A DNA stretch of 64,000 nt from the NCBI GenBank assembly GCA_050287085.1, contig JBNKBE010000001.1:160001-224000 (forward strand), written 5' to 3'. Below are positions 18,800 to 29,240 of this stretch, in pieces (the first letter of the stretch is position 1; each line of letters opens with the position of its first letter). Position numbers and translations under genes: made by a program. A model generated the notes under the pieces. The model saw nothing but the letters and a program-made list of their open reading frames with translations. It ran no database searches and was not told the DNA's origin. Source of the DNA: Polyangiaceae bacterium (GTDB lineage: Bacteria; Myxococcota_A; Polyangia; Polyangiales; Polyangiaceae).

Positions 18800-20410
18800 A
18801 TGACTGATCGCGCCACCGCTTCCCGCCGGGTTTCCGTTCGCTCATGCCGGACTCGGCGGCCAGGCCGTCGCTCGGCAGCGCTGAACCTTCTGCTCGCCGC
18901 CGCCGCCACGGGCTCACTGTTGACGAGCGGTTGTGCGCAGGTGCGAGAACCCGGCGCCAGCAAGTCGGAACTGCTGGCAGAGCGCAAGGCCAAGGCCTGC
19001 GAGCCACACCAATTCCGCTGCGATGACGGAACGTGCATCACCCGCCAATGGCGTTGTGATGGTGACAACGATTGCCCGGATCGCTCGGATGAAAAGAGCT
19101 GCAGCTGTAGTCGGGACCAATTCGCCTGTGACGAAGGAGCTTGTATCTCCGCTGAAGCCGAGTGTGACGGAACCGAAGATTGCGCGCACGGGGAAGATGA
19201 AGCTGAGTGTGACTGCAAAGATGACGAGTTTTCCTGCGGCAACCACCAATGCATTCATGAGTCGGATGTCTGCGACGGCACCGAAGACTGCGCTGAGGGC
19301 GAAGACGAGAAAGGCTGCGCTTGCGCCGACGACGAGTTCGCGTGCGACGACACGTGCCTTCCCCGTAGCGTGGTATGCGACGGCGACACCAATTGCGTCG
19401 ATGGTAGCGACGAAGCGGAGTGCGATTGTGATGGCTTCCGCTGCGAGGACGCCACAAGCTGCTTACCCGCAGACAAGCGCTGCAACGGTGACGCGGACTG
19501 CGAGGATGGCTCCGACGAAGCTGGTTGTTGTGAAGACAACCAGGTTACTTGCGCCGACGGCACGTGCCTCGAATCCTGGACGCGCTGCAATGGCATGAAC
19601 GAATGTGGCAGCGGCGAGGACGAAGCCGACTGCGCCTGCGAAGCAGGCCTCTATTCCTGTGATGACGACACGTGTATCGATCCGCGACAAGCGTGCAATC
19701 ACGTGACGGTGGCGGGTTGTCCCCAGGGCGAAGACGAACTGCGCTGCCCCGCCTGCAACGACTGGCAATTCATGTGCAACAACGGCCAGTGCGTACCGCG
19801 TGCGTGGCGCTGCAATGGCAGGGTTGATTGTATCGACAGCAGCGACGAGAAAGACTGCCCAGAATGTGACGGCAAGCTGGACTGCAGCGCAGAGAGCTGC
19901 GTCTGTGTGAAAGACTGCGCCACCCGCCCCGAGATGTGCCCTGTAGGCACCTGTGAAAGTCAGGGCGAAACCAAAGATTTCATTCGCTGCAACGACCTAC
20001 TCGATTGCGACGACGGGAGCGACGAAGCCGACTGCCCCTGCGCGCCGGACGACTTCGTGTGTCCGGAAGGCGGCACCACCCCTGCTTACTGCGTGCCGGC
20101 AGCCTGGGCCTGTGACGGCTTGCGAGACTGCCCGGGGGGTACCGACGAAGCAAACTGCGAGTGCAGGGAGGGTGACTTCATGTGCCCGGCGGGAAACGGC
20201 GTAGTGGGACACTGCATCTCCGGACTCTGGGCATGCGACGCCTACCCAGACTGCGCGGACGCCAGCGACGAGGCCGATTGTCCCTGCGAGAGCGGCGCAT
20301 ACCTATGCCCAGCCACCAGCGTGACGCGAGCCTACTGCGTCCCGGGAGAGTTCGAGTGTGACAGCCTCGTCGACTGCCCCGATGGTGCCGATGAAGCGAA
20401 CTGCAAATAG
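18800..20410 (+). CDS. Lipoprotein composed of ~12 tandem LDL-receptor class A repeats
   Basis: Signal ending in LTSGC. Modules such as [35 protein letters not shown] match the six-Cys LDLa pattern with acidic DCxDxSDE ends. Confidence 0.9.
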   Translation: MTDRATASRRVSVRSCRTRRPGRRSAALNLLLAAAATGSLLTSGCAQVREPGASKSELLAERKAKACEPHQFRCDDGTCITRQWRCDGDNDCPDRSDEKSCSCSRDQFACDEGACISAEAECDGTEDCAHGEDEAECDCKDDEFSCGNHQCIHESDVCDGTEDCAEGEDEKGCACADDEFACDDTCLPRSVVCDGDTNCVDGSDEAECDCDGFRCEDATSCLPADKRCNGDADCEDGSDEAGCCEDNQVTCADGTCLESWTRCNGMNECGSGEDEADCACEAGLYSCDDDTCIDPRQACNHVTVAGCPQGEDELRCPACNDWQFMCNNGQCVPRAWRCNGRVDCIDSSDEKDCPECDGKLDCSAESCVCVKDCATRPEMCPVGTCESQGETKDFIRCNDLLDCDDGSDEADCPCAPDDFVCPEGGTTPAYCVPAAWACDGLRDCPGGTDEANCECREGDFMCPAGNGVVGHCISGLWACDAYPDCADASDEADCPCESGAYLCPATSVTRAYCVPGEFECDSLVDCPDGADEANCK

Positions 20411-20416
20411 CTTGCA

Positions 20417-21673
20417 CTACGCAAGGGCGGCGCGTCCAATCGCCCTCGTCGGAACGATGGCTCCGAGGCGAGCGAGCACCGCATATAGCCCAAACAACGC
20501 GCGGTGCAGCAGCAATACCTCGCGCGGCAACGGCACCAAACTGCCGTCCCGCGTCTTCAACGCCCCGCGCAGCAGCCGCATCACAGACGTCGCCTCACGG
20601 ATAAAGGAACGCTCGAAACGAAACCGCTCTTCAAACATCGGTCGAAATAGACACCGCATGAAACGTTGCATGCCGGCTTCGTAGTCCCCCCCACGAAGAG
20701 CAAAGTAGTCGCGCACGGCAGCTTCGAAGGCCGGCAGATTGGCTTCCAACGCCGCGGCCAACAATCTCCGAAGTCGCACTGCACGGGCCGGAGCCAGCTG
20801 CTGAACGCAGCCGAAATCGAGGAATACAACCTTGCTGTCCCGACAGAACAGATAGTTGCCGGGATGAGGATCAGCGTTGAACGCACCCGCCCGCAGGACG
20901 CTCGTCACGAAGAAACGAAATAACGTCTCTGCGTAGAACTGACGATGCCGTTCGCTGTGCGTCAAAGCGTCGCGAAAGCTTTCCCCGCTACTGAAGTGTG
21001 TCGTTAGCACGCGGCGGCGTGACAGCTCCGGCACCAAACGCGGCACATAGATAAACTCGTCTTCCGCGAAAGCCTCTTCGAAGGCCGTCAGATTGCGAGC
21101 TTCGCTTTCGTAGTCGAGTTCCCTCAGCAACTGCCGTGCGAGTTCCTCACTCAATTCGCGCGCGTTCAAACTGGCCGGAGCCAAGCGCGCGACCAAGAAC
21201 TCAAGCCAACGAGCGTTCGCCAAATCCGCGCGCATGGCGGCTTCTATTCCGGGGTGTTGTACTTTGACGGCCACACTGCGCCCATCGCGCAGCCGAGCGC
21301 GATGCACCTGTCCGACGCTTCCGCTCTTCACGGGCACAGAGTTCCAGCGCTCGAAAAGAGCCTCTGGAAGTGCCCCCAACTCCTCGCGTATGATCTGAGC
21401 AATAGGCTCAACGGGCGACGCCATGGCCTCGTCTTGGAGGCGCCAGAATGCGTTCTCGAATCCCGTGGCCTGTCCCCCAGGCGCAAAGCCCTCTACATAC
21501 CCCAGCCACTGCCCGGCCTTCGCGGCAGGGCCCCGCAACGCGGACAAGGCGCGGGCCGCATCTTCCAGCCGCTTGCTGCCCCCGATGCCAACGGCGGCAG
21601 CTCCAACACACGATGCAGCTTTGGCTCCTTGGGCCAAGCGACTGACGCGCGTCGTGGGGAGCGGTGCGACCAT
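20417..21673 (-). CDS. AarF/ABC1/UbiB family atypical kinase
   Basis: LRGPAAKAGQ (KxGQ), SVGQVHRA, VAVKVQHPG, ELDY, ADPHPGN, LDFG. Confidence 0.9.
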   Translation of the reverse strand: MVAPLPTTRVSRLAQGAKAASCVGAAAVGIGGSKRLEDAARALSALRGPAAKAGQWLGYVEGFAPGGQATGFENAFWRLQDEAMASPVEPIAQIIREELGALPEALFERWNSVPVKSGSVGQVHRARLRDGRSVAVKVQHPGIEAAMRADLANARWLEFLVARLAPASLNARELSEELARQLLRELDYESEARNLTAFEEAFAEDEFIYVPRLVPELSRRRVLTTHFSSGESFRDALTHSERHRQFYAETLFRFFVTSVLRAGAFNADPHPGNYLFCRDSKVVFLDFGCVQQLAPARAVRLRRLLAAALEANLPAFEAAVRDYFALRGGDYEAGMQRFMRCLFRPMFEERFRFERSFIREATSVMRLLRGALKTRDGSLVPLPREVLLLHRALFGLYAVLARLGAIVPTRAIGRAALA

Positions 21674-21948
21674 AGCCCTAGTCCTAGGCCGGCGCGGGGC
21701 CGGTTGACAATACCGTCAGCGTGCGGACGCACGGATCCGGCTGGATTGGCGTCGCTCGCCACAAGGAGTCGTTCGCTCTTGGAACTGGCCGCGTGCTGCC
21801 GGCCGGGTTTTTAGGCAACTCTTCGGCCCAACACGTCCGGCGCGGCGAAGCCGCCACAGCAGACAGGTGGGACCGCTGCCACTTCGACCTCGAGCTGAAA
21901 AGGGCCTTTGCAGGCCCTCCGAGAGCTCCGGGCGAGGGAAAACGAATG

Positions 21949-22815
21949 TCAAGGCGTGATCCGCACAGCCCAACCGACGGCGCGAATACGAGCCGCAAGA
22001 TCCTGGAACCAGTCGTCGGACAGCGCGCTCAGGCGTGGCGCCTCAGCTTGAAGCGATGGGCGCGAAAGGCCGTAGAGCAGGACCCCGCGAAGCGGAATCC
22101 CCTCGCTTTTCAGCCGCTGCAGCAACGCAAGATACGCTTGCTGCTCGGAAGCTTCGGGGGCGCTCCCGTCGATGGCAAACAGACAGGTCTGCAACCAGGT
22201 TGGATGACGAGCGGCTATTCGAGCCAGGCGAGCCTCACGTGCCGCCAAGCTCGCGCTCGACGAGTTGATCCGCTCTGTGCCCGCCCGGGTTGCGGCATCC
22301 AGCTTAAACCACACTTCGATAGGCCACCGCGCCAAGACGTCCAGGCCGCGCTCGACGGAGGGCGCATCAGTGCGCGTCCCGTTGGTGATGAGCACGATTT
22401 TGAAGTCCGCGGGAAGCGTAAACCGCGATAGAATAAGAGCTACCTCGGCCGCGACCTGTTCAAAGTTGGGACACGTCGTGGGTTCCCCATTGCCCGAAAA
22501 AGCGAGATCGTTGAGCCGTCGCATCCCCTCGGGAACGCGGCGCGTCATGAAGTCGCCGCAAATCAAGTCGTCTAGAAGCTCTGTCAGCTCCAGCCGCAAG
22601 CGATCGATATCAACCGCTGGTGCCTTCCCCCACTTGAGGTTTGGAACCTGGCAGTAGATGCAGCGAAAATTGCAGGCATTGTTCGGATTGAGGTTGACGC
22701 CGAGCGACACACCTCCGGCGCGGCGCGACAGTACCGGGTAAACATAGGTCATACCGGTCGCATCCCGATCATGGTCTGCGATGCTGAGAAGCCGGCGCGC
22801 TGTGAGTCGCGTCAT
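21949..22815 (-). CDS. Radical SAM protein
   Basis: CNFRCIYC (CxxxCxxC), FSGNGEPT, LITNGT. Confidence 0.9.
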   Translation of the reverse strand: MTRLTARRLLSIADHDRDATGMTYVYPVLSRRAGGVSLGVNLNPNNACNFRCIYCQVPNLKWGKAPAVDIDRLRLELTELLDDLICGDFMTRRVPEGMRRLNDLAFSGNGEPTTCPNFEQVAAEVALILSRFTLPADFKIVLITNGTRTDAPSVERGLDVLARWPIEVWFKLDAATRAGTERINSSSASLAAREARLARIAARHPTWLQTCLFAIDGSAPEASEQQAYLALLQRLKSEGIPLRGVLLYGLSRPSLQAEAPRLSALSDDWFQDLAARIRAVGWAVRITP

Positions 22816-22870
22816 GGGTAGCGTAATGTCCTATGCATCGGGAATGCGACCAACAGGAGAGCCGAACGAG

Positions 22871-22894
22871 CCCGCGGTCTAAAACGACCGCGGG
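22871..22894. terminator. GC-rich hairpin, possible terminator downstream of the 22923 gene
   Basis: Perfect 9-bp inverted repeat CCCGCGGTC-taaaac-GACCGCGGG. No strong U-tract. Confidence 0.5.
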
Positions 22895-22922
22895 TCAAAG
22901 GACTGCAAGCCTCCGCGGCGGT

Positions 22923-23570
22923 CTACTTGATGGCTTGCAGCAGCTTGCGCAGATCGGCGACCGCGTTGCTCTTGTTGGTGTAGGTCTTCTGGTTATCGTG
23001 GCAGCTTGAGCACTTGAAGCTTTGTCCCTTTGACTTGCCCTGCTTGACCCAATACTTCATCACCGCCTTGGCCTTGGGAACGCCCCCTTTTTCGCAGGAA
23101 GCTCTGACCTGAGAGAACTTAAAGGAGGTCGCACGACAGGGACTGGGACCGTCGTATTTCTCCGCTTTGGGCGGCGCCTTGGGCGGCGTCTTGGGTGTCG
23201 CCGTCGCCACCGGCTTGGGGGCGCTCGGTGCAGCCGGCGGCTTGACTGCCGCCTTACCAGACGCTGTTGGCGACTTGACCAGGTGTGCACTCTTAGCGCT
23301 GGCGCTAGTCGTGGGCGGCGCTGCTTTGCCGGCGTCCTGAGCGGCGACGCCTGCGTCAGCCCGTTGCTTCGTCCCTTCGAGAGTCTTCCCCCGAGCTCCG
23401 CTCGCCGCGGAGTTATCAGCCGCAGGGGTGTCGGCAATCGTCCCCTTGCTATCGGCGGCAGCAGCCGGAGCCGACTCAGTCGCCTCCTTCTTTGAGCACC
23501 CTGCGGCAGTCACAGCACCCAGCGCACAGGCGCCCGTCAACAGAAGACTGAATCGTGTTGTTCTATTCAT
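22923..23570 (-). CDS. Lipoprotein with Ala/Pro/Lys linker and single CxxCH heme-binding motif
   Basis: Signal with AAGC lipobox, low-complexity linker, C-terminal domain containing FKCSSCH. Confidence 0.75.
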   Translation of the reverse strand: MNRTTRFSLLLTGACALGAVTAAGCSKKEATESAPAAAADSKGTIADTPAADNSAASGARGKTLEGTKQRADAGVAAQDAGKAAPPTTSASAKSAHLVKSPTASGKAAVKPPAAPSAPKPVATATPKTPPKAPPKAEKYDGPSPCRATSFKFSQVRASCEKGGVPKAKAVMKYWVKQGKSKGQSFKCSSCHDNQKTYTNKSNAVADLRKLLQAIK

Positions 23571-23903
23571 GGCTATTCGATCTCTTCATCGTCGCACTGC
23601 AGGCCTCTTCGCGAAAACAAACGCGGTCCGCCGGGCGTCCGCGGCGCGCCCGCTCGTTTGCGGGTGAGCCCGGGGGGTTGGACATGTAGCTTCGTTTGCT
23701 CCGAGTGCCTCGGGAGAGGACATCAACTCAATGTCCAGGGTCCCGTCCACGTAGGGCTAGCAAATGCAGCCCAGCAAAACCAAGCACGAAAAGAAAGCCG
23801 ACCCGAAGCGGCCCCATAGCGGCGTTCAAACAAACACGTTCCGATCTGACAGCAACGACTCAGAAACGCTCAAAAGGCCCCTCTTCCGGCCGCTCACGAA
23901 GTT

Positions 23904-24248
23904 GTGGATGTGTTGGTGATCTCGGTTTTCGCGTCACTTTCGGTCCTATTTGGCGCTGCCTACTGGGTCGAACGCCAAGTGCGCGCCAGCATTGATCGCT
24001 CGGAAGCCGCCAGGAAGGAGCCGGTGCACATCTCCGCTCCCCCTCCCGCGGCTGTGCCCCCCAAGACGCGAGAGCGCATCGAGGAAGTCACCCACAAGCT
24101 CGATGAACTCCATCACCGCCGCTCAGCCTTCCAACGGGCGATGAGCTCGGGCCTGGCTCAGGTCTCTAGGCCTCGCGCCGCGCCCGGCGGCGGGACAAGC
24201 CCCGCAGCTCCAAAGCCAACGAAGGGATCCCCTGATCCCCCCCTATAA
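23904..24248 (+). CDS. Small hypothetical protein with N-terminal membrane anchor
   Basis: Hydrophobic N-terminus VLVISVFASLSVLFGAAYW and a short helical segment. GTG start. Confidence 0.5.
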   Translation: MDVLVISVFASLSVLFGAAYWVERQVRASIDRSEAARKEPVHISAPPPAAVPPKTRERIEEVTHKLDELHHRRSAFQRAMSSGLAQVSRPRAAPGGGTSPAAPKPTKGSPDPPL

Positions 24249-24374
24249 CGGCCGGAGCGTCCGATACTTTAGGGCCCTGCGCTGGAAAGTCGGCCCCGTC
24301 CGCCAATTTGTCTAGTGGGCCGTTTCGGTTCCGCCTTCGAGCACACCTGCCGACCCGGCGACGTCCTTCGCGCC

Positions 24375-25559
24375 TCAGCGCAGGGCGGCTAGCGCGTCAT
24401 CCAAGACCGTCAAGACGTGGGTGACCTCGTCCGCCGCGTTGGCCAGGTGGGGAGCAAAGCGCAGGAACCCGTCCGGTGTTCCGACCGTCACCCCATTGCT
24501 CCGCAATCGGCCCGCGAGCTCCGACAGATCGATGCCCTCGGGGGGCACTACCGACAGTATCCCCGAGCGGTGGGAGGGCTCGGCAGCCCGCGCGGAGCCG
24601 AAACCGCGCTCGATGAGCGCTGGCTCCAGCGCGTCGTGGTACGCCTGAATCCCCGCATAGACACGCTCGATCCCGACGCCGAGGAGCAGCGGAATGCTCG
24701 CGCCGAGAGCCGCGTGCCCCAGGGTATTGCCAGTCCCTTCCTCAAAGACCTGGGTCTCCTGACGGAAAGGCCGATCGTAGCTCAGATGTCCGCGCCCCCG
24801 GAATAGAAAGTCCAGCGCGTGCTCGTGACTCAACCAACCTGCGGTGAGCGGTCGAAGTTGCTTCACACAGGCCTTTCGGGCGTACAACACCCCGGCTCCT
24901 TCAACCCCAAGCAACCATTTGTGCCCCCCCGAACTCAAGTAGTCGACCCCCATCGCGCGCACGTCCAGGGGGACTGCGCCCAGGCCCTGTATTGCGTCAA
25001 CGAATAGCTCGGCTCCGAAGCGATGACATAAGCGGCTCATGGCTGCCAACGGAACACAGAACCCCGTTTGAAACTGCACAAAGCTCACAGCGACCAGGCG
25101 GACGCCGTCTTTGAGAACCCGCTCCAGGGCTGCGAGACCTCCGTCGGCATGATGGGAAGGGGGAGGCAGCCACACAAGTTCGAGCTCGAACTGACGGGCC
25201 GCAATTTGCCATGGCGTAACGTTCGCCGGAAACTCCCCTTGAAACAGCACGACCCGTTCACCGCGCCGCCAGGGAATGCCCAGAGCAATGTCCGTCACCC
25301 CCCGCGTGGTGTTGGTCCCCAGAGCGATCTCTTCGGACTCCGCCCCGAGCAAGCGAGCGAAATCAGCTCGCAACGTCTCGCGACGAGCAGCCCAGTCGCC
25401 AAACGCCCCTGCGCCCCGTGTTGCGTAATCCTGGAGGCAGGTGGCCACAGCCGTCTGAACCGGAGCACACGGCGGGGAAATCGCTGCGTGATTGAGATAC
25501 GCGACGCCCCGGAGGTTGGGAAACAGTTCAGCTCTGGTGAACGCAAGCTCCGCCTTCAT
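24375..25559 (-). CDS. PLP-dependent aminotransferase class V (cysteine desulfurase-like fold)
   Basis: YLNHAAISP, FVDAIQGLG, SGGHKWLLG (PLP lysine), FEEGT. Confidence 0.9.
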   Translation of the reverse strand: MKAELAFTRAELFPNLRGVAYLNHAAISPPCAPVQTAVATCLQDYATRGAGAFGDWAARRETLRADFARLLGAESEEIALGTNTTRGVTDIALGIPWRRGERVVLFQGEFPANVTPWQIAARQFELELVWLPPPSHHADGGLAALERVLKDGVRLVAVSFVQFQTGFCVPLAAMSRLCHRFGAELFVDAIQGLGAVPLDVRAMGVDYLSSGGHKWLLGVEGAGVLYARKACVKQLRPLTAGWLSHEHALDFLFRGRGHLSYDRPFRQETQVFEEGTGNTLGHAALGASIPLLLGVGIERVYAGIQAYHDALEPALIERGFGSARAAEPSHRSGILSVVPPEGIDLSELAGRLRSNGVTVGTPDGFLRFAPHLANAADEVTHVLTVLDDALAALR

Positions 25560-25760
25560 GCATGCACGCTAGCACATCTTTTCGCATTGCAATTGGCTCA
25601 GCGATTGGCTTGACTGATCGACGGCCTGTGCGGCTCGCGACTGCGGCAGCGGGTCCCGCTCCGTCGCCTGCGGAACACGCGACCCTTTGGAAAGCGCGAC
25701 CCAACCGGCTCATGATGTTTGTGATGACTGTCGCCGCGTGACAGCTCCGCCTCCCCGATC

Positions 25761-26774
25761 ATGCGACTGCTCATCGAAACCCACCACCCGGCGCATATTC
25801 ACTTCTTCAAACACGCCGTGCGTCATTTTAGAGCGCAGGGAGCTGAGGTGCTGCTCCTAGGCCGGGATCGCGATGTGATGCAACGTCTACTTGCCAGCTA
25901 CGATGACCTCCCGAGTCGCATCATCACACAAGCGGGCAAGAACAACACGTTTCCTTTGCAGGAGATGGTGCAACGACAATGGCAGGTGGCTCGGACGATT
26001 CGTGAATTCGAACCGGACGCCGTGCTCAGTCTGATGGGCAGCTACTCGCAGAGCGCACGCATGCTCGGAGTGCCCAACATCGTCTTCACGGACAGCGAGT
26101 TCCAGCACTTCAATCACCGCATCGCGCATCCTTTTGCGACCCGCATCTACACTCCGGAGTGTTTCTACAAGCCGCTGGGCCCAAAACAGCGGACCTATCG
26201 TGGGTATCATGAGCTCGCGTTTCTCCATCCAAAGCGCTTTCGGCCAGACCGGGGTGTGCTCGACCTGCTGGGCGTCGAAGCGGGCCGGTATGTCATCGTC
26301 CGCGTCTCAGCTTGGGACACGCTGCACGACGTAGGAGAGTCCGGCTTCGGCGCCCAATTGGACGAGACCCTCGAAGCGCTGTCCCAGCGCTTCCGGGTGT
26401 TCATTGTGCCGGAACAGGGAAAACTCGCCGCCCGCTGGCGCCCTATGCAGCTAGAACTCCCCCCACATCGCTTCCACGACGCGTTGGCCTTTGCCGCTTT
26501 CGTCGTATCCGAAGGGGCATCGACCGCAGCCGAAGCCGCTTGCCTGGGCGTCCACGCACTCTACCTCAACAGCACCACACGCGGCTACCTCAACGACATG
26601 GCACGCCGCTACGGTCTCGTATCAATCCACCAGCACTCGGACGACGCGCAGCGTCAACTGCGCCGCTGGCTCACTTGCCCCCCAACGGACGGGCAGAAGC
26701 GTGCGCAAGAACTGATCGCAGACCATATCGACGTCACGGATTTCGTAATTCACGAGATCGAGAACCTGGTATGA
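25761..26774 (+). CDS. DUF354-like putative glycosyltransferase (GT-B fold)
   Basis: HPAHIHFFK, FTDSE, YRGYHELAFLHPKRFRPD, SEGASTAAEAACLG. Confidence 0.75.
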   Translation: MRLLIETHHPAHIHFFKHAVRHFRAQGAEVLLLGRDRDVMQRLLASYDDLPSRIITQAGKNNTFPLQEMVQRQWQVARTIREFEPDAVLSLMGSYSQSARMLGVPNIVFTDSEFQHFNHRIAHPFATRIYTPECFYKPLGPKQRTYRGYHELAFLHPKRFRPDRGVLDLLGVEAGRYVIVRVSAWDTLHDVGESGFGAQLDETLEALSQRFRVFIVPEQGKLAARWRPMQLELPPHRFHDALAFAAFVVSEGASTAAEAACLGVHALYLNSTTRGYLNDMARRYGLVSIHQHSDDAQRQLRRWLTCPPTDGQKRAQELIADHIDVTDFVIHEIENLV

Positions 26775-26805
26775 GGGCTCACTGACGAGCCTCGAAGGAA
26801 GACCT

Positions 26806-29190
26806 ATGCGATTTGGACGCTTCGACGATGAAGCCAGAGAATACGTAATCGAACGCCCCGACACACCCCGCTCCTGGACCAATTACCTTGGCTCCACGGA
26901 ATACGGCGCGATCATCACCAACAACGCTGGTGGCTTTAGCTTTTACAAGTCATCGGCCCAGGGTCGCTTCACCCGCCTGGTGCTCAACAATGTGCCGATG
27001 GACCAACCAGGTCGCTATCTCTATCTGCGCGACGCCGAAAGCGGGGACTACTGGTCCGCGAGCTGGCAGCCGGTGGGCAAAGCGCTCGAGGAATACGAAA
27101 GTGAGTGTCGACACGGCACCGCGTATACGGTGATCACCAGCCGCTACTCCGAGGTAAGAACTCAAACTACCTATTTCGTGCCGCTGGGTGAGAACTTCGA
27201 GCTCTGGCATCTCACCGTCAAGAACGAAAGCCAACGTCCGCGGAAACTGCGACTCTTCTCGTACGTGGAGTTTTCCGGCGAGTGGAATATCCAGCAAGAC
27301 CTGCTCAACCTGCAGTTCACCCAGTACACGGTAAAAGCAGCCAACGTCGACGGGATTCTGCAGATCGGCGTACTCGATAACGTTCCGCCCGATCCGAACA
27401 ACTTCCAGAATAGGGACCAAGGGCGCCACTCCTTCATGGCGCTCGTGGGAGCTGAAGTCACAGGCTTCGACACCGCGCGCGACACTTTTATCGGCCCGTA
27501 TCGAGGCTATGGCAACCCGACCGTCGTAGAGCGGGGAGAGTGCACTGGCAGCCTGGCACATGGTGACAACGCCTGTGGGTGTGTACAAGCGGATCTATCG
27601 CTATCGCCCGGCGAGGAACGCTCGCTCTGGGTGGTCATGGGGGTTGGCACAGCGGCGAACGAGGGTCGCCGCGCAGTAGCCACGTTCCAAAGCGAAGAGG
27701 CCGTACAGGCCGCTCTAGAATCGCTGAAGGAGCATTGGCATTCCAGACTCGGTCGACTGACGGTGGATACACCTGACGCCGAGTTCAACAGCATGGTCAA
27801 CGTCTGGAACGCCTACAACTGCCTCATCACGTATGCGTGGAGCCGCGCAGCAAGCCTGGTATATGCTGGCGCCCGCGATGGCCTCGGCTACCGGGACACC
27901 GTTCAAGATATCCTCGGGGTGCTTCCGGCCATGGCGGAAGAGGCGGGTACGCGTCTTGAGCTTATGATCACTGGCCAATGCGAGAGCGGAGGTGCATTGC
28001 CGGTCGTCAAACCCTTTGCGCACACGCCGGGTCGCGAAATTGCTCCTGATTCATACCGCTCGGACGACTGCTTGTGGTTGTTCAACACCGTGCCGGCATA
28101 TGTCAAAGAGACAGGTGACATTGCCTTCTACAACAAGGTCCTGCCTTACGCCGATCGTGGCGAGGCAACCGTATTGGGTCACTTGCGGCGTGCACTCGAA
28201 TTCAACCTAGCGCGCTGCGGCCGTCACGGATTGCCTTGTGGCCTGGACGCCGACTGGAACGATTGTTTCCACCTCGGAGAGCTCGGCGAGAGCGTATTTG
28301 TAACCTTCCAGGTCCGCTATGGCCTGAAGGTCTACCAGGAAATCGCAAGCTACCTCGACCGTCCGGAAGAAGTTAGCTGGGCCGGCGAGCGTCTCCGACA
28401 TATTGACCAGCTCATCGAAGAGCACACTTGGGACGGACAATGGTTCGTGCGAGCCTACAAAGACGACGGCGCGGTCTACGGCTCGAGCAAGAACGCCGAG
28501 GGACGCATCTTCCTCAACACGCAGAGTTGGGCGGTGCTGGCAGATGTCGGCTCAAAGACGCAGCGCGAGCTTGCCATGTCCTCAGTAGATGAACACCTAG
28601 CCACCCCCTATGGCGCAGCGATCCTCGACCCCCCCTACCGTACAGAGGATTGCCGCGTGATTCGAGCCATGGTGCTCAACGAAGGCCAGAAGGAAAACGC
28701 CGGCATCTTCTGTCATCCTCAGGGATGGGCGGTGATCGCCAATACTCTACTTGGGCACAACGATCGCGCCTATCGCTACTACCGAGCCTACATGCCCGCG
28801 GCGTACAACGAGCACGCCGAAGTTCGACAAATCGAGCCGTATGTCCACTGCCAGTCGACCCACTCAAAGTACAGCGGTCAATTCGGTGCCAGCCGCCTTC
28901 CCTGGCTCAGCGGCACCGCGTCCTGGAGCTACTTCGCCGCAACGCAGTACATTCTGGGAATTCAGCCCGACTACGACGGCTTGCGCCTAGACCCCTGCCT
29001 GCCCAGCGACTGGAAGACCGTCACTTGTCACCGCCATTTCCGCGGCAAGAACTTCGACATTGCGATCAAGAACGGCAAACAAGGCAAGGGCGTCCGTCGC
29101 TTAGTCGTCAACGGGGAGCTCACTGCGGGCGCGCTCATTCCGGCGACTGCGTTCCGGACGCACAACGTGGTCGAAGTCGAACTCTATTGA
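26806..29190 (+). CDS. GH94 glycoside phosphorylase (chitobiose/cellobiose phosphorylase-like)
   Basis: FDDEAREYVI...WTNYLG, GYRDTVQD, SDDCLWL, ADWND (catalytic Asp), KENAGIFCH, WLSGTASW. Substrate cannot be fixed by eye. Confidence 0.92.
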   Translation: MRFGRFDDEAREYVIERPDTPRSWTNYLGSTEYGAIITNNAGGFSFYKSSAQGRFTRLVLNNVPMDQPGRYLYLRDAESGDYWSASWQPVGKALEEYESECRHGTAYTVITSRYSEVRTQTTYFVPLGENFELWHLTVKNESQRPRKLRLFSYVEFSGEWNIQQDLLNLQFTQYTVKAANVDGILQIGVLDNVPPDPNNFQNRDQGRHSFMALVGAEVTGFDTARDTFIGPYRGYGNPTVVERGECTGSLAHGDNACGCVQADLSLSPGEERSLWVVMGVGTAANEGRRAVATFQSEEAVQAALESLKEHWHSRLGRLTVDTPDAEFNSMVNVWNAYNCLITYAWSRAASLVYAGARDGLGYRDTVQDILGVLPAMAEEAGTRLELMITGQCESGGALPVVKPFAHTPGREIAPDSYRSDDCLWLFNTVPAYVKETGDIAFYNKVLPYADRGEATVLGHLRRALEFNLARCGRHGLPCGLDADWNDCFHLGELGESVFVTFQVRYGLKVYQEIASYLDRPEEVSWAGERLRHIDQLIEEHTWDGQWFVRAYKDDGAVYGSSKNAEGRIFLNTQSWAVLADVGSKTQRELAMSSVDEHLATPYGAAILDPPYRTEDCRVIRAMVLNEGQKENAGIFCHPQGWAVIANTLLGHNDRAYRYYRAYMPAAYNEHAEVRQIEPYVHCQSTHSKYSGQFGASRLPWLSGTASWSYFAATQYILGIQPDYDGLRLDPCLPSDWKTVTCHRHFRGKNFDIAIKNGKQGKGVRRLVVNGELTAGALIPATAFRTHNVVEVELY

Positions 29191-29240
29191 GCTCGGCCCG
29201 CGGAGGCGCTGCGCTCAGCGTCTCCGCGGGAACTTAACGC

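Noticed and set aside
21674..21948. Intergenic ncRNA or small ORFs
   Set aside because: Only a short hairpin (AGGGCC-tttgca-GGCCCT) and a TTGACA hexamer. No SRP, tRNA, tmRNA or 6S signatures were recognised.
23700..23900. Possible c-di-GMP (GEMM) riboswitch
   Set aside because: GCAAAACC and GAAA fragments are present, but I could not build the required paired stems.
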